DNA of 63,994 nucleotides, the filler included, from Octopus bimaculoides (taxonomy: Eukaryota), in the NCBI RefSeq assembly GCF_001194135.2. It is 6 parts of 6 records of this genome, joined end to end, with 100 filler letters (N's around TTAATTAATTAA, not from the genome) between each part and the next. Parts side by side here need not be neighbours in the genome. Positions count along the whole stretch, not along the records: positions 1 to 22,104 come from NC_068986.1; 5 more parts are not named here. One strand, written 5' to 3'. The translations under genes were made by a program, and so were the position numbers. The notes under the pieces are model-generated. The model saw only the letters and a list, made by a program, of their open reading frames with translations, searched no databases and was not told where the DNA came from. This document shows, piece by piece, positions 1 to 12,258 of the stretch (position 1 is its first letter; each line of letters begins with the position of its first letter).

Positions 1-34
<34 letters not shown>

Positions 35-907
35 TACAAAACTAAGCGGAAACGTTCCCTGTGGGACAAGCCTGTTGCAGTTCAGGCTTCCGCTGCTAGG
101 AGTCACTTGAAGTGATGCTCAGACATCAGTCTGCCGACCGGTGCCGTCGTTTGCTGTCGTACTGCTAAGTGGTGCGTCTTTGTTTTGTAGTACTTCTTCA
201 CTGTTCGTTGATTTTTGCGATGGCTGAAAAGAAGGAACAGCGTGCTTCCAGGAAATTGTTTTCTGCTGAGGGAAACGGCAGCCGAAACAGTTGCCATGCT
301 TCGACCAAGTTACAAGGACGCTGTTCCATGTGTAAAATACAAGTTTATAAGAGGTTTTCACGCTTTAGGAATGGTCACTTGTCGCTTGAAGGCCAACTCT
401 GCTCAGGGTAACCGCTGACCTCCCGAACGAATGAAACATCACAAAAATTCAAGAATTGATCTTGGAGGACCGTCACCGAACAATTAGCGAACTTGGAGCT
501 CCTGCTAACGAATTTTGAGCGGGGAATTGCGACTGAAAAGAGTTGCAGCAATATTTGTGCCTCACTTGCTAATGGAAGATCAGAATCAGTCACAACTGAA
601 TGTGTTTCGTGAACTGAAAGAATAGTTGGAAGTTGATCCGGACCCTATTTTTTTGAAGGTCATCACTGGTGACAAATGCTAGTGCTACAGAATTTTCAGA
701 TGTGAAAGAGGTGAAGAAAAAAACGAGTAGGTGTTAAAAATCATCACTTCGCAACAGTTTCAGGACTGCTCCGAACAGTGGAAAACGGGTCTGGACCGAT
801 GCACTACTTCAAATGGAGAACACTTTGAAGGCGATAAAAGTGTAAACATGTAAAACTGAGTGAATGAAATGTTGCAAATTCCGGTTTCTTTTCGGTACTC
901 CCTCGTA
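35..907 (+). mobile_element. Degenerate, internally deleted mariner DNA transposon (5' end not visible)
   Basis: Frameshifted translations give NITKIQELILEDRHRTISEL (HTH-like), KVITGDKC*CY (ITGDETW-like motif) and the C-terminal FQDCSEQWKTGLDRCTTSNGEHFEGDK. The element ends in a mariner-type end ...TACTCCCTCG|TA at about 907. Confidence 0.75.
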
Positions 908-927
908 TATGTGTGTGTATGTATGTA

Positions 928-960
<33 letters not shown>
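908..960. repeat. (GT)n/(GTAT)n microsatellite
   Basis: Direct reading. Confidence 0.9.
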
Positions 961-963
<3 letters not shown>

Positions 964-1187
964 AAGAAATAATATATTGAAACGAAACACAAAAGGCTCA
1001 ATAAAGAAAAGTAGACCTTATGAATAAATAAATAAATTTATAAATATACGACTATATATTTTTCATGTGTGATTAAGCCATGTCCACATCACGGATGAGT
1101 GTTGCCCAGTAAATACATTGTAAATTTTAAGCTTAGCATAACGCTCTTCATGTTGAGGCTCCATTATTTAATATAATCAACTACATC

Positions 1188-1388
1188 AAAGCGGCGAACT
1201 TGCGGAATCGTTAGTACGACGGGCAAAATAATTAGCTTCATTTCGTCCGTCTTCACGTTCTGAGTTCAAATTCCGCTGAGGTCGTCTTTGCCTTTCATCC
1301 TTTATAGGTCGATAAAATAAGTACCAGTTGAGCAATCGACTTAACCCCTCCCCGAAATTGCTGGCCTTTTACCAAAATTTGAAATCAT
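1188..1388 (+). mobile_element. tRNA-derived SINE, family A (GCGGCGAGCTGGCAGAATCG-type head), with a 16-bp TSD
   Basis: B-box-like GAGTTCAAATTCC. The direct repeat TATAATCAACTACATC lies at 1172-1187 and 1389-1404. Homologous to many other copies in the window. Confidence 0.9.
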
Positions 1389-2659
1389 TATAATCAACTA
1401 CATCGATTTACAGCCAAGGGGATGTGCTAGCTTGAGTTAACTGAGTGAGGTCATGAATAGAGCTCAGTACCAAAGAGGTGATCAGTCGACCTTTCCTTAA
1501 TACATCCAGCCTATATTCAACTGACAACTCATTATACTAATGTAAACACGCTCGTATCTACATTAATGGGTAAATTTGGAAGTAACAAACTCCTAACTCT
1601 ACTAACCTCTCAACAGTTTACATAAATAAATACAGGGTCTTAGCATTTCAACGAAATTTCTCTATATCCAATTTAAAACGCCAAAATGTGTGATTTTGAG
1701 GTTAAAGTTCACGCGTTTTTCTCTCGAAACGCTGATGACTATATAATTTCCATTTCAAAAGGTTAGGAGTAAAAGTACAACGGTGGAGAAGGGGAGAGAG
1801 TGTTAGCAAGGTTATTGTCATCTGTGACATAGGATTATGTTTTACAGCACAATTTTAGGGGTAAGTTCATATGATATTCTCATGTTTTCAATTCACTAAT
1901 GGTGCTGGGAGTGGACCGGCTGACTATTACTGAACATTTGCTGGTAACGCATCTGTATATTAAAGGCGGGTGGCCGCTCCCTAACAGCAGGTTCTTTGGT
2001 GACGCATTCTGGTAATTAGTCTGACAGACTCTCATGGAAACTAAGCAACTATACAACGACAATAGCAGCAACTACATAAAGCATATGCATGCTTTGATCT
2101 ATGTATGTAATTTTGTGTGAACCAGAATGGTTTATGAAGACGTCTTGGAGTTGATTCAGTTTCGTTTCATTCAGGAGTAACCTTGTTTTCTGAATGACAA
2201 CAGTACGACAGCTAATCTCGCAAACAGTAGAGCCTCTACGTGATGATTCGACCCAACACAAAAAGACAGCAAAATCATCCTAGAATTGTATGTTACCATC
2301 TTAAAAAGGAAGGCTACGTAGGATAATGGAGTCCGAGTCATACTTAATAAAGAACGTAGTAATGATGACAGGGATACGTAGGATTTGCTAATTTAAGACA
2401 GTCCTGGGATAAACAACAGACGCCTGATACAATATTGATCGGCAAAAAAGGTAATTCTTATTAAGTGATTTTGAAGTGCAGCTTCAATTTTCACCATGGA
2501 TCATATATAATATTTGAGATAGTAAAAGAACAGCTTCATATTTAGGAAGTCCATCTAATGTATATCATAAGAACTACGGATCATATCCGAAAATACATGA
2601 TTTTAGTTTTTTTAGCTTTTCAGGTCTTTAGCATTGCATAATAACGTTTACAAGATATT

Positions 2660-2691
<32 letters not shown>

Positions 2692-3132
2692 NNNNNNNNN
2701 NNNNNNNNNNNNNNNNNNNNNNNNNNNNNNNNNNNNNNNNNNNNNNNNNNNNNNNNNNNNNNNNNNNNNNNNNNNNNNNNNNNNNNNNNNNNNNNNNNNN
2801 NNNNNNNNNNNNNNNNNNNNNNNNNNNNNNNNNNNNNNNNNNNNNNNNNNNNNNNNNNNNNNNNNNNNNNNNNNNNNNNNNNNNNNNNNNNNNNNNNNNN
2901 NNNNNNNNNNNNNNNNNNNNNNNNNNNNNNNNNNNNNNNNNNNNNNNNNNNNNNNNNNNNNNNNNNNNNNNNNNNNNNNNNNNNNNNNNNNNNNNNNNNN
3001 NNNNNNNNNNNNNNNNNNNNNNNNNNNNNNNNNNNNNNNNNNNNNNNNNNNNNNNNNNNNNNNNNNNNNNNNNNNNNNNNNNNNNNNNNNNNNNNNNNNN
3101 NNNNNNNNNNNNNNNNNNNNNNNNNNNNNNNN

Positions 3133-3174
<42 letters not shown>

Positions 3175-3189
3175 TTTATCTTTTATCTT

Positions 3190-3395
3190 TTACTTGCTTC
3201 AGTCAACAGACTGCGGCCATACAGGGGCACTGCCTTGAATTATTTTTAGTCGAATGAATCTACCCCAGTGATTTTTCTTAAAAGCCTGGTACTCCTTTGT
3301 CTAACCGCTATTACAGGGACGTAAACAAACCAACACCAGTTGTCCATCAGTAGTGGGGCACAAAAACTGACAAAGATACACTCACCCCCACCCAC
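3190..3395 (-). mobile_element. SINE family B, 3' half, degenerate
   Basis: Similar to the tail of the 6944-7505 copy (TTTACTTG.TTCAGTCA..GACTGCGGCCAT). Confidence 0.7.
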
Positions 3396-4792
3396 AGAAA
3401 CAGATATTTATATTTAATGCTGATTCCGAAAAGAAAAAGATTAACTACATAGTGATGAATGATACTTCATTTAACGTTCAGATAATAAATCTAACATATA
3501 TGCCTTTATTGTTTTGCATACAGACAAACACGTACTGACAGAACGAATCTTTGGGTTGTTAACCTCCTTTAATATGTTCATAAAACATATATACACAAAC
3601 ATTGAAAATATGCACGCTGAGACTAAAATTCATGAACTGTTTATTTCATGCTGGGTTCTACAAACTTAACAGAAAATTCAAAGTTAACCGTGCGAATAAA
3701 TAGATACATACATACATACATACATACATACATACATGAATGTGTGTGTATATATATATATANNNNNNNNNNNNNNNNNNNNNNNNNNNNNNNNNNNNNN
3801 NNNNNNNNNNNNNNNNNNNNNNNNNNNNNNNNNNNNNNNNNNNNNNNNNNNNNNNNNNNNNNNNNNNNNNNNNNNNNNNNNNNNNNNNNNNNNNNNNNNN
3901 NNNNNNNNNNNNNNNNNNNNNNNNNNNNNNNNNNNNNNNNNNNNNNNNNNNNNNNNNNNNNNNNNNNNNNNNNNNNNNNNNNNNNNNNNNNNNNNNNNNN
4001 NNNNNNNNNNNNNNNNNNTATATATATATATATATATCTGAATGTATGTGTGTGTGTACATACACGCTGCTATTTCATCAGTATGTGTTAAACTAAAACT
4101 GTTTGTGGCACAAGAGAAATAAGCTTATTTCAGTTGACTTTTTCTTAAATTCAATTTTTTACAGAAAGTTATGACAAGGAAATGTTAGTAAAGAGCGATG
4201 AAAACGGCTATACATATAAGGATTTCAATACTTCAGCAAAGCCAGCAGATTGACAACACTCCCTTGTTTTCTGTAATCATGCGATAGGCAGATTTTTGGT
4301 TGGGTAGGAGGCTTAAAAGAACGATACTGCTAAGAAAAGGTTTGCAGTTTTAGAATAATAATACTTAAATAAACAACAAAATCTAGAAACAATCATTTTA
4401 GAAAAACCAAGCAAAGAATAACAGATTTCACCATTAAACAATTTGTATATTTTTCTAAAATTAATGCTGTCATTATTGCAAGTGAAGGAAAGTGTAAGAG
4501 AAAAGTTTGTTTTTGATATTTCAAGTTTGTGCCCTTCCTTTTACTCTCAACTTCTAATTTAGTTACAGACCCTGAAAGAATGAAAGCAAAATAAGACAGT
4601 AGCAATATTTGAATTCAAAACACTGGGAGCAGGATCGAAAACCATAGAGTATTTTTCCCGAAGCCTCCTAATGATTCTGACGAGTAGCTGCCTAAAAGAG
4701 TTTACATATTTTTGGTGAAAAAGACAAAAATACCCCTAAAAAACCTAAACTAAACAGCATAAAATACATGAGGACACCCACATTTGACTATT

Positions 4793-4978
4793 TAATAATT
4801 TATCCCACCTTAAATGTGGATATTCTATTAGAACAAACTATACTGCAGTAGTTACCATGGGAGAAACTCTGATATTGACTTTTGCGCCAAAAGTCAATAT
4901 GAGAGGTTCTCTCATGGTAACTACCGCAGTATAGTTTGTTCTAACAGAACATTCATGTTTAAGTGGGGATAAATATTA
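4793..4978. repeat. About 185-bp near-perfect palindrome (foldback/MITE-like)
   Basis: Arms of about 90 bp are reverse complements, e.g. TTAGAACAAACTATACTGCAGTAGTTACCATG / CATGGTAACTACCGCAGTATAGTTTGTTCTAA. The centre is ATATTGACTTTTGCGCCAAAAGTCAATAT. Confidence 0.9.
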
Positions 4979-5061
4979 GCTCTTGGTGTTAGTACTGCCT
5001 CTGTCAAGGATAAATACTATTTAATAAGGTGAAACAAACGATAGAATATAAGTGGAAAGCA

Positions 5062-5280
5062 GTTTTCACAGGTTGTTGTTTAGGCCCAAGTCATCTCTGA
5101 TTTAAGAAGGATCAAAGAAATTCCAGCTAAGACCATCCAACCTCTTTTGTGCATGGAATCCAGGGCCACATTGTCCAATGTACTCTTTTCCGAAACGGTG
5201 GAGTGTGATTTTAAAAAGATTTGGCTGCTGTTTCTACCAGTTCGAGCAACAGGGTTTGATGCTTCTTTCTGGACTCGTCA
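5062..5280 (-). mobile_element. SINE-like family C fragment (GATTTGGCTGCT.TTTCTAGC motif). Further copies lie near 17670-17870, 18340-18565, 21560-21735, 26265-26560 (+), 57440-57560 and 59195-59390
   Basis: Shared motifs between copies: TTCCAGC.GTGACCAT...GTGTGATTT.....GATTTGGCTGCT.TTTCTAGC. Confidence 0.65.
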
Positions 5281-6943
5281 GTTAATTTATTTACATCTGG
5301 GTAGAAGCAGCCTAGTTTATTGACCGTCAAATACTTTTGTCAGGGATCATGGAAATTCTTGTGGTGGCACAGTTATGAAGTGGGAACGGTTCAGATGATA
5401 TGTTGCTCCCACTTCTAACTTGTTGACGAGCGGTATTTAAAAAACAATTTATTCGTGAACAGAATATATTAAAATAAATAAATAATAATAAATAGAAGTG
5501 ATGGCATATTTTATGTCAATAATGTAAAGTTAGATGTTTTTGTAACTAGGCAGCAGGACATGGAAACTTGACGATTAAAAGCTTCATTTCAGCGTGCTTT
5601 TCTGCAAAATGTAGTCAAACTACAATATTTAACACAGAGACATTATGTCTGTCAATCTTCATTATGAACTACAAAAAGAATAATAGATTTCTATTGGCAT
5701 ATTTACACTGAAACGGTGGTGAGCTGGTAGAAATATTAGAAGATCCGTGTAAATGCCGGGAAATATTTAGTTTCAAACCTCCACGTTCTAAATTCAAATT
5801 CATTTAGGTCATTTTTTACTGTGGTCCTTCTGGATTGTAAGTACCAGTCAAGTACCTGAGATGATATGATCTACTATACCTTCCACTCAAAATATGTAGT
5901 GATGTTTTCTGTGTTAGAAATGAAATGAATAATTAGTTACAACTCTTTGCTTTCAGCGTCGAATTCTCTCTTAGCCATCAGAAACAAAGAGTCAATATAT
6001 ATATATGTAATGGAATGTAGTTATCCATCTATACTCTCTTCCAATAAAACAATAGCTCTTTGAGAAAAGACAATTGATAATGATGGGAACGCTTGGTGAG
6101 GAGCAATTCCAGTTATACCAAGTTGCAATGCAGTTTGATATCTCGATAGATATACTTATGGAATACATTAAGCTAACATTCCTTATCTCATAACTCCCCC
6201 TCTTCAATATGATTGACTTGAAAAAATAAACGTAGTATTGCAACAAATACGTTGTTTTTTGGAGCATGGACTGTCAATAGAAGATCGGGAAACTAACTAA
6301 AGAATTGGTGCTTCGTATTTTGTCACTAGTAGTTGCGAAATCTGTAAAAGATACTGCCGGTGGTAATCACTTGACGTTGTATGCAGCAGCAACACTGTAA
6401 AAGAGGAACTTTGAAAAGAGGTCTTTTAGTTTGCAGTGTTCGGTTCAAGCCTCTTGTATATTTAGAAATGCTACTCTAATAATGAGACACAGATTAGAGC
6501 ATTCCACTCTTCTCAGCACTTTCTATTGTTAGGTCCAGGGTCTAATTCTTACTACGAGTTAAATGTGATGTCTTTTGTAAAACAATCTATTATACCTTAA
6601 GTTTATTCCACGTCAACTACATGTTTGAATTGTATATTACATTTGTGAATTGAAAATATGTATATGAAAGCTTGAATATATGGAAACTCCTTTATATTAA
6701 CCGTAGGAATTAATCTGTGCTTCCCCGTGTGTAGGACATGACATAATGATATATGTGTATCGAATGCTACATCGATCGTTGGAAGGGTGTGCTGCTTTTG
6801 GTAAATGAACTTTGATCAGAACATAACCTGGCAATATATATGTTGTAACAAGTATATACCAAATATATAGAATGTATAATGTGTCAATGCATTTATTAAG
6901 TTTCAGCTTACAAGTTTAAAATACCATCATTTTGTCAACACGG

Positions 6944-7174
6944 GTATACTCTCTCTACTCTTTTACTTGTTTCAGTCATTTGACTGGGGCCATGCTGGAG
7001 TACCGCCTTTAGTCGAGCAAATCGACCCCAGGACTTATTCTTTGTAAGCTAGTACTTATTTTATTGGTCTCTTTTGCCGAACCGCTAAGTTACGGGGACG
7101 TTAACACACCAGCATCGGTTGTCAAGCGATGTTGGGAGAACAAACACAGACGCACAAACATATATACACACACA

Positions 7175-7206
<32 letters not shown>

Positions 7207-7505
7207 NNNNNNNNNNNNNNNNNNNNNNNNNNNNNNNNNNNNNNNNNNNNNNNNNNNNNNNNNNNNNNNNNNNNNNNNNNNNNNNNNNNNNNNNNNNNNN
7301 NNNNNNNNNNNNNNNNNNNNNNNNNNNNNNNNNNNNNNNNNNNNNNNNNNNNNNNNNNNNNNNTTTACCAAATCCACTCACAAGGCTTTGGTCGGCCCGA
7401 GGCTAACTTAGAAGACACTTGCCCAAGGTGCCACGCAGTGGGACTGAACCGGGAACCATGTGGTTCGTAAGCAAGCTACTTACCACACAGGCACTCCTAC
7501 GCCTA
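6944..7505 (-). mobile_element. Full-length SINE family B (tRNA-like head, internal TA/TG microsatellite, TAAAAGAG tail), interrupted by an N gap
   Basis: The head on - reads TATAGGCGTAGGAGTGCCTGTGTGGTAAGTAGCTTGC...GGTTCAGTCCC (A/B-box-like). The tail reads GACTGAAACAAGTAAAAGAGTAGAGAGAGTA. An internal (TA)n runs into the gap. Confidence 0.9.
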
Positions 7506-8004
7506 TACTAATTGCATATATATTTTTCTTGATGTACCGAATATGATCAATGTCATTTCTATGTAACATTTTCCGAAGAATGCAGGCGACTGTTTCCAAA
7601 GTTTTTTTTTTCCAATCCACTGAGAGTCAGACAAAATAATAACCTAACAAGAAGTGTCGCATTCTTTCCCTGCAGGTACTATGATATTTAGACGTAGCAG
7701 CTGTATCTAGAACCCAAACCCTCCAATCTGAATTCAGAAAATTATTTGTTTTATTTTTTGGCTTGATTTGCTCCTCAAAGTCCTCTATATTATTAGCTAA
7801 CATAAAAGTGTTATGTAATGAAATAATCATCATAGATATTTTGCACCGCGCAAAAAACTGCAAAAGCTACGTAAAGCTATTGCATGCTCTTCTGCTAGTG
7901 ACTAAAGTTATCGCAATGTTGGGATTTTAGAGTCATAAGCGTTTTATCTCTTAGCGTGTAGCCTTGGCCCGAGTAGGCAGAGAGGAGTGAACTAGCCTTC
8001 GAAG

Positions 8005-8340
8005 GGTTCTATCTAGGGCGTCTTGTCAACCATAACCAGCTTGAACTAGTCTCAACTGCCATGGCTATCTCGTTGGTAGTTTTCTTCAATTACTTGGGTT
8101 TCAAACCAATCTTCTGCAGGAAATAACGCACTGACATTGCTGAAAAACCGCAACAGCCGATCTCAATAAGGAATCGGATTGCAAAACATCTTTCACCAGA
8201 ACCTCATCTATCAAGCCCTGGTATTTCGGTTTCCTTAGTTGGTGAGTAATGTCAAGTATGTACTCCAACAATACCGTGAGTTCTGCCACGATATTTGTTT
8301 CTGTCTTCCTGGATGGGAACAATATTACTGTCACCTCTTT
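8005..8340 (-). mobile_element. 3' fragment of an RLE-type non-LTR retrotransposon (HERO/R2-superfamily-like restriction-like endonuclease domain)
   Basis: The - strand gives IVAELTVLLEYILDITHQLRKPKYQGLIDEVLVK, then after a frameshift LIEIGCCGFSAMSVRYFLQKIGLKPK*LKKTTNEIAMAVETSSSWLWLTR. This matches the ELTVPWEE..K..KY..L / EVGCRGF...WLWL.R pattern of HERO-like RLE domains. Confidence 0.7.
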
Positions 8341-9426
8341 CGGAAAGATGAAGAAAAGATTTACAAAACCACTCGTTCTTTTGAAATCTCACATAAACCG
8401 AGAAAAAATATATATAAATGCATAATTATGTAATAAAATCAGGGTACAAAGCTTACTTCTATGAAGTACTGTAAACACAGCCCTTCCTTAACATGTTTAG
8501 GACAATAACTTCAGGTTGCCTTCGTTGTTGCCACTCGTGAAGCAACGATATCAAAGGTGTACGAGGAATAAAAGTTGAATTTGCATTGATATAATGACTT
8601 ATAGGGAATACTTTTCAATAGGTATTTAAATCAAATTCAAGGGACAATTCCATATCAAACTCGAAGGGAGTGTGGGTCGAATGGGTTCGAAACTGAAAAT
8701 AAGTCTAGTTGTTAGTGTAAACATCATTGACAAAGTAACAGGTTGAAGCAGGAACAGAATCTGGGTGAAGAAACAAGAAAGAATTTGTGAAATATAATAA
8801 CGGAAGAGGCTGCATTTTTAAGTCATGGAAGGTCTTCATTTTGTTTGTAGGAAATTCCATTGGAAGATAACAATACTGGGTGTATTAATGCTGTAAGAGT
8901 ATAAGATTTCTTTAATTGATGTAATTGATGGTGTAGCCACCACCCACGGTTACTTGAAGTTGAAATAAGACCCGTACAGTGGGCAGATAGAAAACTTGGT
9001 TGTAATTTCGAGAACGTGTGTGTATAGCAAATATAATTCTGGTTGACAGTTGGAAACATGGTTTAATGTATGTAATTCCTATAGAAAGAAACAGGAATGG
9101 AAGACCATATTAGTTTCATCAAGATGTTGATAGAAAAGAGAGAGAGAGGGGGGGGGAGTGTGTGAGAGAGAGAGTGAGAAAAAGGGCTAGACACAGTAAA
9201 GAGAAGGAAGATATATATATATATTTTTTTTTTTTTAAATCTTAACAAAGACACAATAAGGCGAATTAGCAGTGAGTGGTAGATAGAATGCCGGCATTTT
9301 TCTAGCGCTTTGGATTCAAGCAGCAAATTCAGCTCTACCTTTTGTGGCCAAGGGTCCAGATGGATAGATAGAAACATATTTAGAGAGCTACAAGGAGAGG
9401 GGAATATACTTAAATACAAAGAATGT

Positions 9427-9464
<38 letters not shown>

Positions 9465-9789
9465 TATAGCGATGCACAGAAAAGGAGAAAGTGAGTAATA
9501 GGCTTATAATTTTAAGTTGAGCGCGGATTGGGAATTGAAACATGTGAAGACAGCAGTGTCTTGTTTGTTTATTTATTTTGCCAGTAGTAAATAATGCTGG
9601 GAATAAACGTAATGAGTTGCCGTCACTATGTTTCACATTTCCCCCCATTTCTTCTTGTTTCTTATAGCCTTAGGTCTAACACAGTACCTCGAAATTTCCG
9701 GGCTGAGCCCATGCTGCGGGTTACCTTAACCTTCCATCCGTTCGTGGTCTATAAAATAAAGTACAGAAGTTGTTGAATCGACTAACTAC

Positions 9790-10170
9790 ATCTTACCAAA
9801 ATTGCTGGCCTTGCGCCTAAATTAGAAGACAGCCAGCTGGCAAAACCATTAGCACACTGAACAAAATGCATTGCGACATTCTGAGTTCAAACTCTACCGA
9901 AGTTGACTTTGCCTTTCATCCTTTAGTAGTCGATGAAATAAGTATCAGTTACGCACTGGGTTCGATGCAATCGACTACACTCCCTTCCCCAAATTTCAGG
10001 CCATGCGCCTATAGTTGAAAGGGTTATTAATATCATTTATTCTGCTGAGGTCGATTTTGCCTTTCATCCTTTTGAGGTCGATAAATTTAGTACCAGTTGA
10101 GTACTAGAGTGGATGTAATCGACTACCTCTCTCGCCAAATTTCGGGCATTATACCTATAATAGAAAAATT
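9790..10170 (+). mobile_element. Stack of SINE family A fragments
   Basis: Repeated TCGATTTTGCCTTTCATCCTTT...GTCGAT..AATAAGTACCAG blocks. Confidence 0.8.
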
Positions 10171-12138
10171 ATTTATTAATATTTTAGTTCACTACTGTCG
10201 AAGTAAGAATTGTTAACAGGCTTCTGTCCAAAGCAGAATTTTAATAGATGAAAAGGTTTCTTTTTTAATAAAAAAATTTGCCTCTACAGCTTCTTAGAGG
10301 GGATGATTAAAAAAATAAAATTTCCTCTCACATCACCGACAAAAATAATATATGGTTATGAGCACTTCATGCCACACCTCCCAACAAATAACTAAAAATA
10401 TATAAAAGAATTTGTTTTACACAAAGGTAAACAAAGAAGAAATAAAAACAGAATACTTTCTTAATTACAACGCAAAATATTTGTAGTAAACATGTACTAA
10501 AAGGAAACACAGTGAGTAGAGATCTTAACAACAACAGTATTCATGTACGTAGCGCTTCAGATACGAACGTCGACGATAAAATGGAAAACGAAACATTTCT
10601 CCGAATGATCGAATCGAACTGAGCCCAGCATTCCATAATCAATTACAGAAGAGAAATGTATCTGTATCACTTTCAGAAAATACACCGGCTTTTCTGATCC
10701 CTGGCACATTTAAAGTGAAATATCATTCATTGGGAGGGGAAGAGAATATAGTACTGTATGTATCACTTTTAAAAGAGAATGGGGTGAAAACCTAAGCGCA
10801 AATGGTACTCATTACATCTATTCATAAGCTAGTTCAGTAGTATTTGTGAAGGAGGAACACAAAAGTTACCATCAGGGATATTAGTGATGGTGTCGACCTC
10901 TGGTTAGTAGTTGGCTTCGTGGTACATGTGAGGCAGGTGGTAAGTGCATCTAACTCCGCAAGATGACAGAACAATAGTAAAACTATGTCCTGTAGAAAGT
11001 GCCGAGAGGAAGCCCTTGAAGCTCAGCTTCCAAGGTAGAAAACCCAGTTATTACGTATATGGAAGTAAAACCCGTCCACTTACTTTCCGCAAAATAATAA
11101 ATAATGGAAGATGAAGCTAAGTTTCTCAGCCCCTACACATCAAATAAAACAAAAGAAGATTCAGCAGGAAAATAAATGAAACCTATAAAAACTCATACAC
11201 AACATAAAAAGAAATTCAAACACAGTAGGGTCTGAGAAGGAAATGTAATCACATTTGAAACAGCAGAATAATAGTTTAAATTCAGACAGATTTTACGAAA
11301 ATATTACTTTTCAACGATCCAGAAGATGTGGTTCCTCATTTTCTCAGTATAACATAAAAAGCCTCTCTGAAAATTTAGTCTCTCCAACGCTGAACAACGT
11401 CAGAGGGAGCCGCGGTGGAAGCGTGAAATGGAATGTGGGTGCCCAGAGTAACGCTAGTGGAAATTTAATTTTTACTTTAATCATTATGTAGCTTATCGTA
11501 CTATTTTCTTAATTTATTTCCTGTTGCGCACATTTTTGTTTTATAAATTTTCTCTTAGTTTTTTTTTTACATATTGTATAACGACTTTCACCCTTCCATC
11601 GTCTCTGTGTAACTTCTCTGTTCAATACCAGACGTCTTAGGAAGCTTTTTGCTTGACGTTTCTTCTTCTCCTCCTCCTCCTCCTCCTTCTTCTTCTTCTT
11701 CTTCTTGCTGTTGTAGCTGTTTGTGATGAAGAAGCATCTTTCGCACCGCTCCTAGAAAGAATGAAATTTTAGCAAGTTCACTGAAAATGGTTTTAAAACC
11801 TTTGAACATCCGCCATATTACTCTGGGATGGGAAAGTAAATTTGTTGTCAAACATTTTTTGTATTTGTACAAATATTTTCTTGTTATTCAAGTTGGCATT
11901 CTGAGATCCGGAAGACGTACTACGTACAACTGTTGTAGCTGCAAATATGACTTTCAAAATTTTGGAAAACTGAAAATATCGAAACAAAAAAACCCTACAG
12001 CAACGAAAACAGATGAAAAGTAAAATAAATAAATAAATAAAAAATTGCAGTAACAAACGCCTTTGTAAATACTATCACACTTAAACAAACAAAATTGGAG
12101 GAAATATTAACTTTGAAAACAAAAGCAACATCAACAAC

Positions 12139-12258
12139 ATGTCATTTGCAGGCTTTGCACATCCTGGAGAAACATGGGCATGCTTCAGCTTCTGGAAGAA
12201 TAAACTCCGGAGAGAAATGTCACAAAAGTCTGCGTCTTCTCGCTTGACGAGTTCATCG
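12139..12258 (+). CDS. Candidate first coding exon of an unidentified gene (MSFAGFAHPGETWACFSFWKNKLRREMSQKSASSRLTSSS)
   Basis: ATG in AACATG context with A at -3, 40 open codons, donor TCG|GTAAAA (phase 0) and an A-rich UTR-like leader. An in-frame acceptor TTTGCAG| at 12151 is also possible. No homology recognised. Confidence 0.35.

Noticed and set aside
2620-4096. Long ORFs rich in YI/HT/CV/X here and at similar sites (19.7-21.1, 38.3-39.4, 40.9-41.7, 51.4-52.0, 53.1-53.6 and 61.0-61.5 kb)
   Set aside because: Translations of dinucleotide microsatellites and N gaps.
8231-8433. + strand ORF 8239-8433 and an apparent 3-nt microexon (TTCCTTAG-TTG-GTGAGT)
   Set aside because: Better explained as the antisense of the HERO-like endonuclease remnant; there is no supporting gene context.
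9668-9720. Strong acceptor TTTCTTCTTGTTTCTTATAG followed by a short GC-richer stretch
   Set aside because: The donor is weak (GTTACC), two frames are open, and there is no recognisable peptide or partner exon.
11588-11751. - strand Q/E/G-rich ORF with an acceptor-like TTCTTTCTAG
   Set aside because: The openness comes from CTT/CTC triplet repeats, and no other - strand exons were found. It is equally consistent with a + strand UTR.
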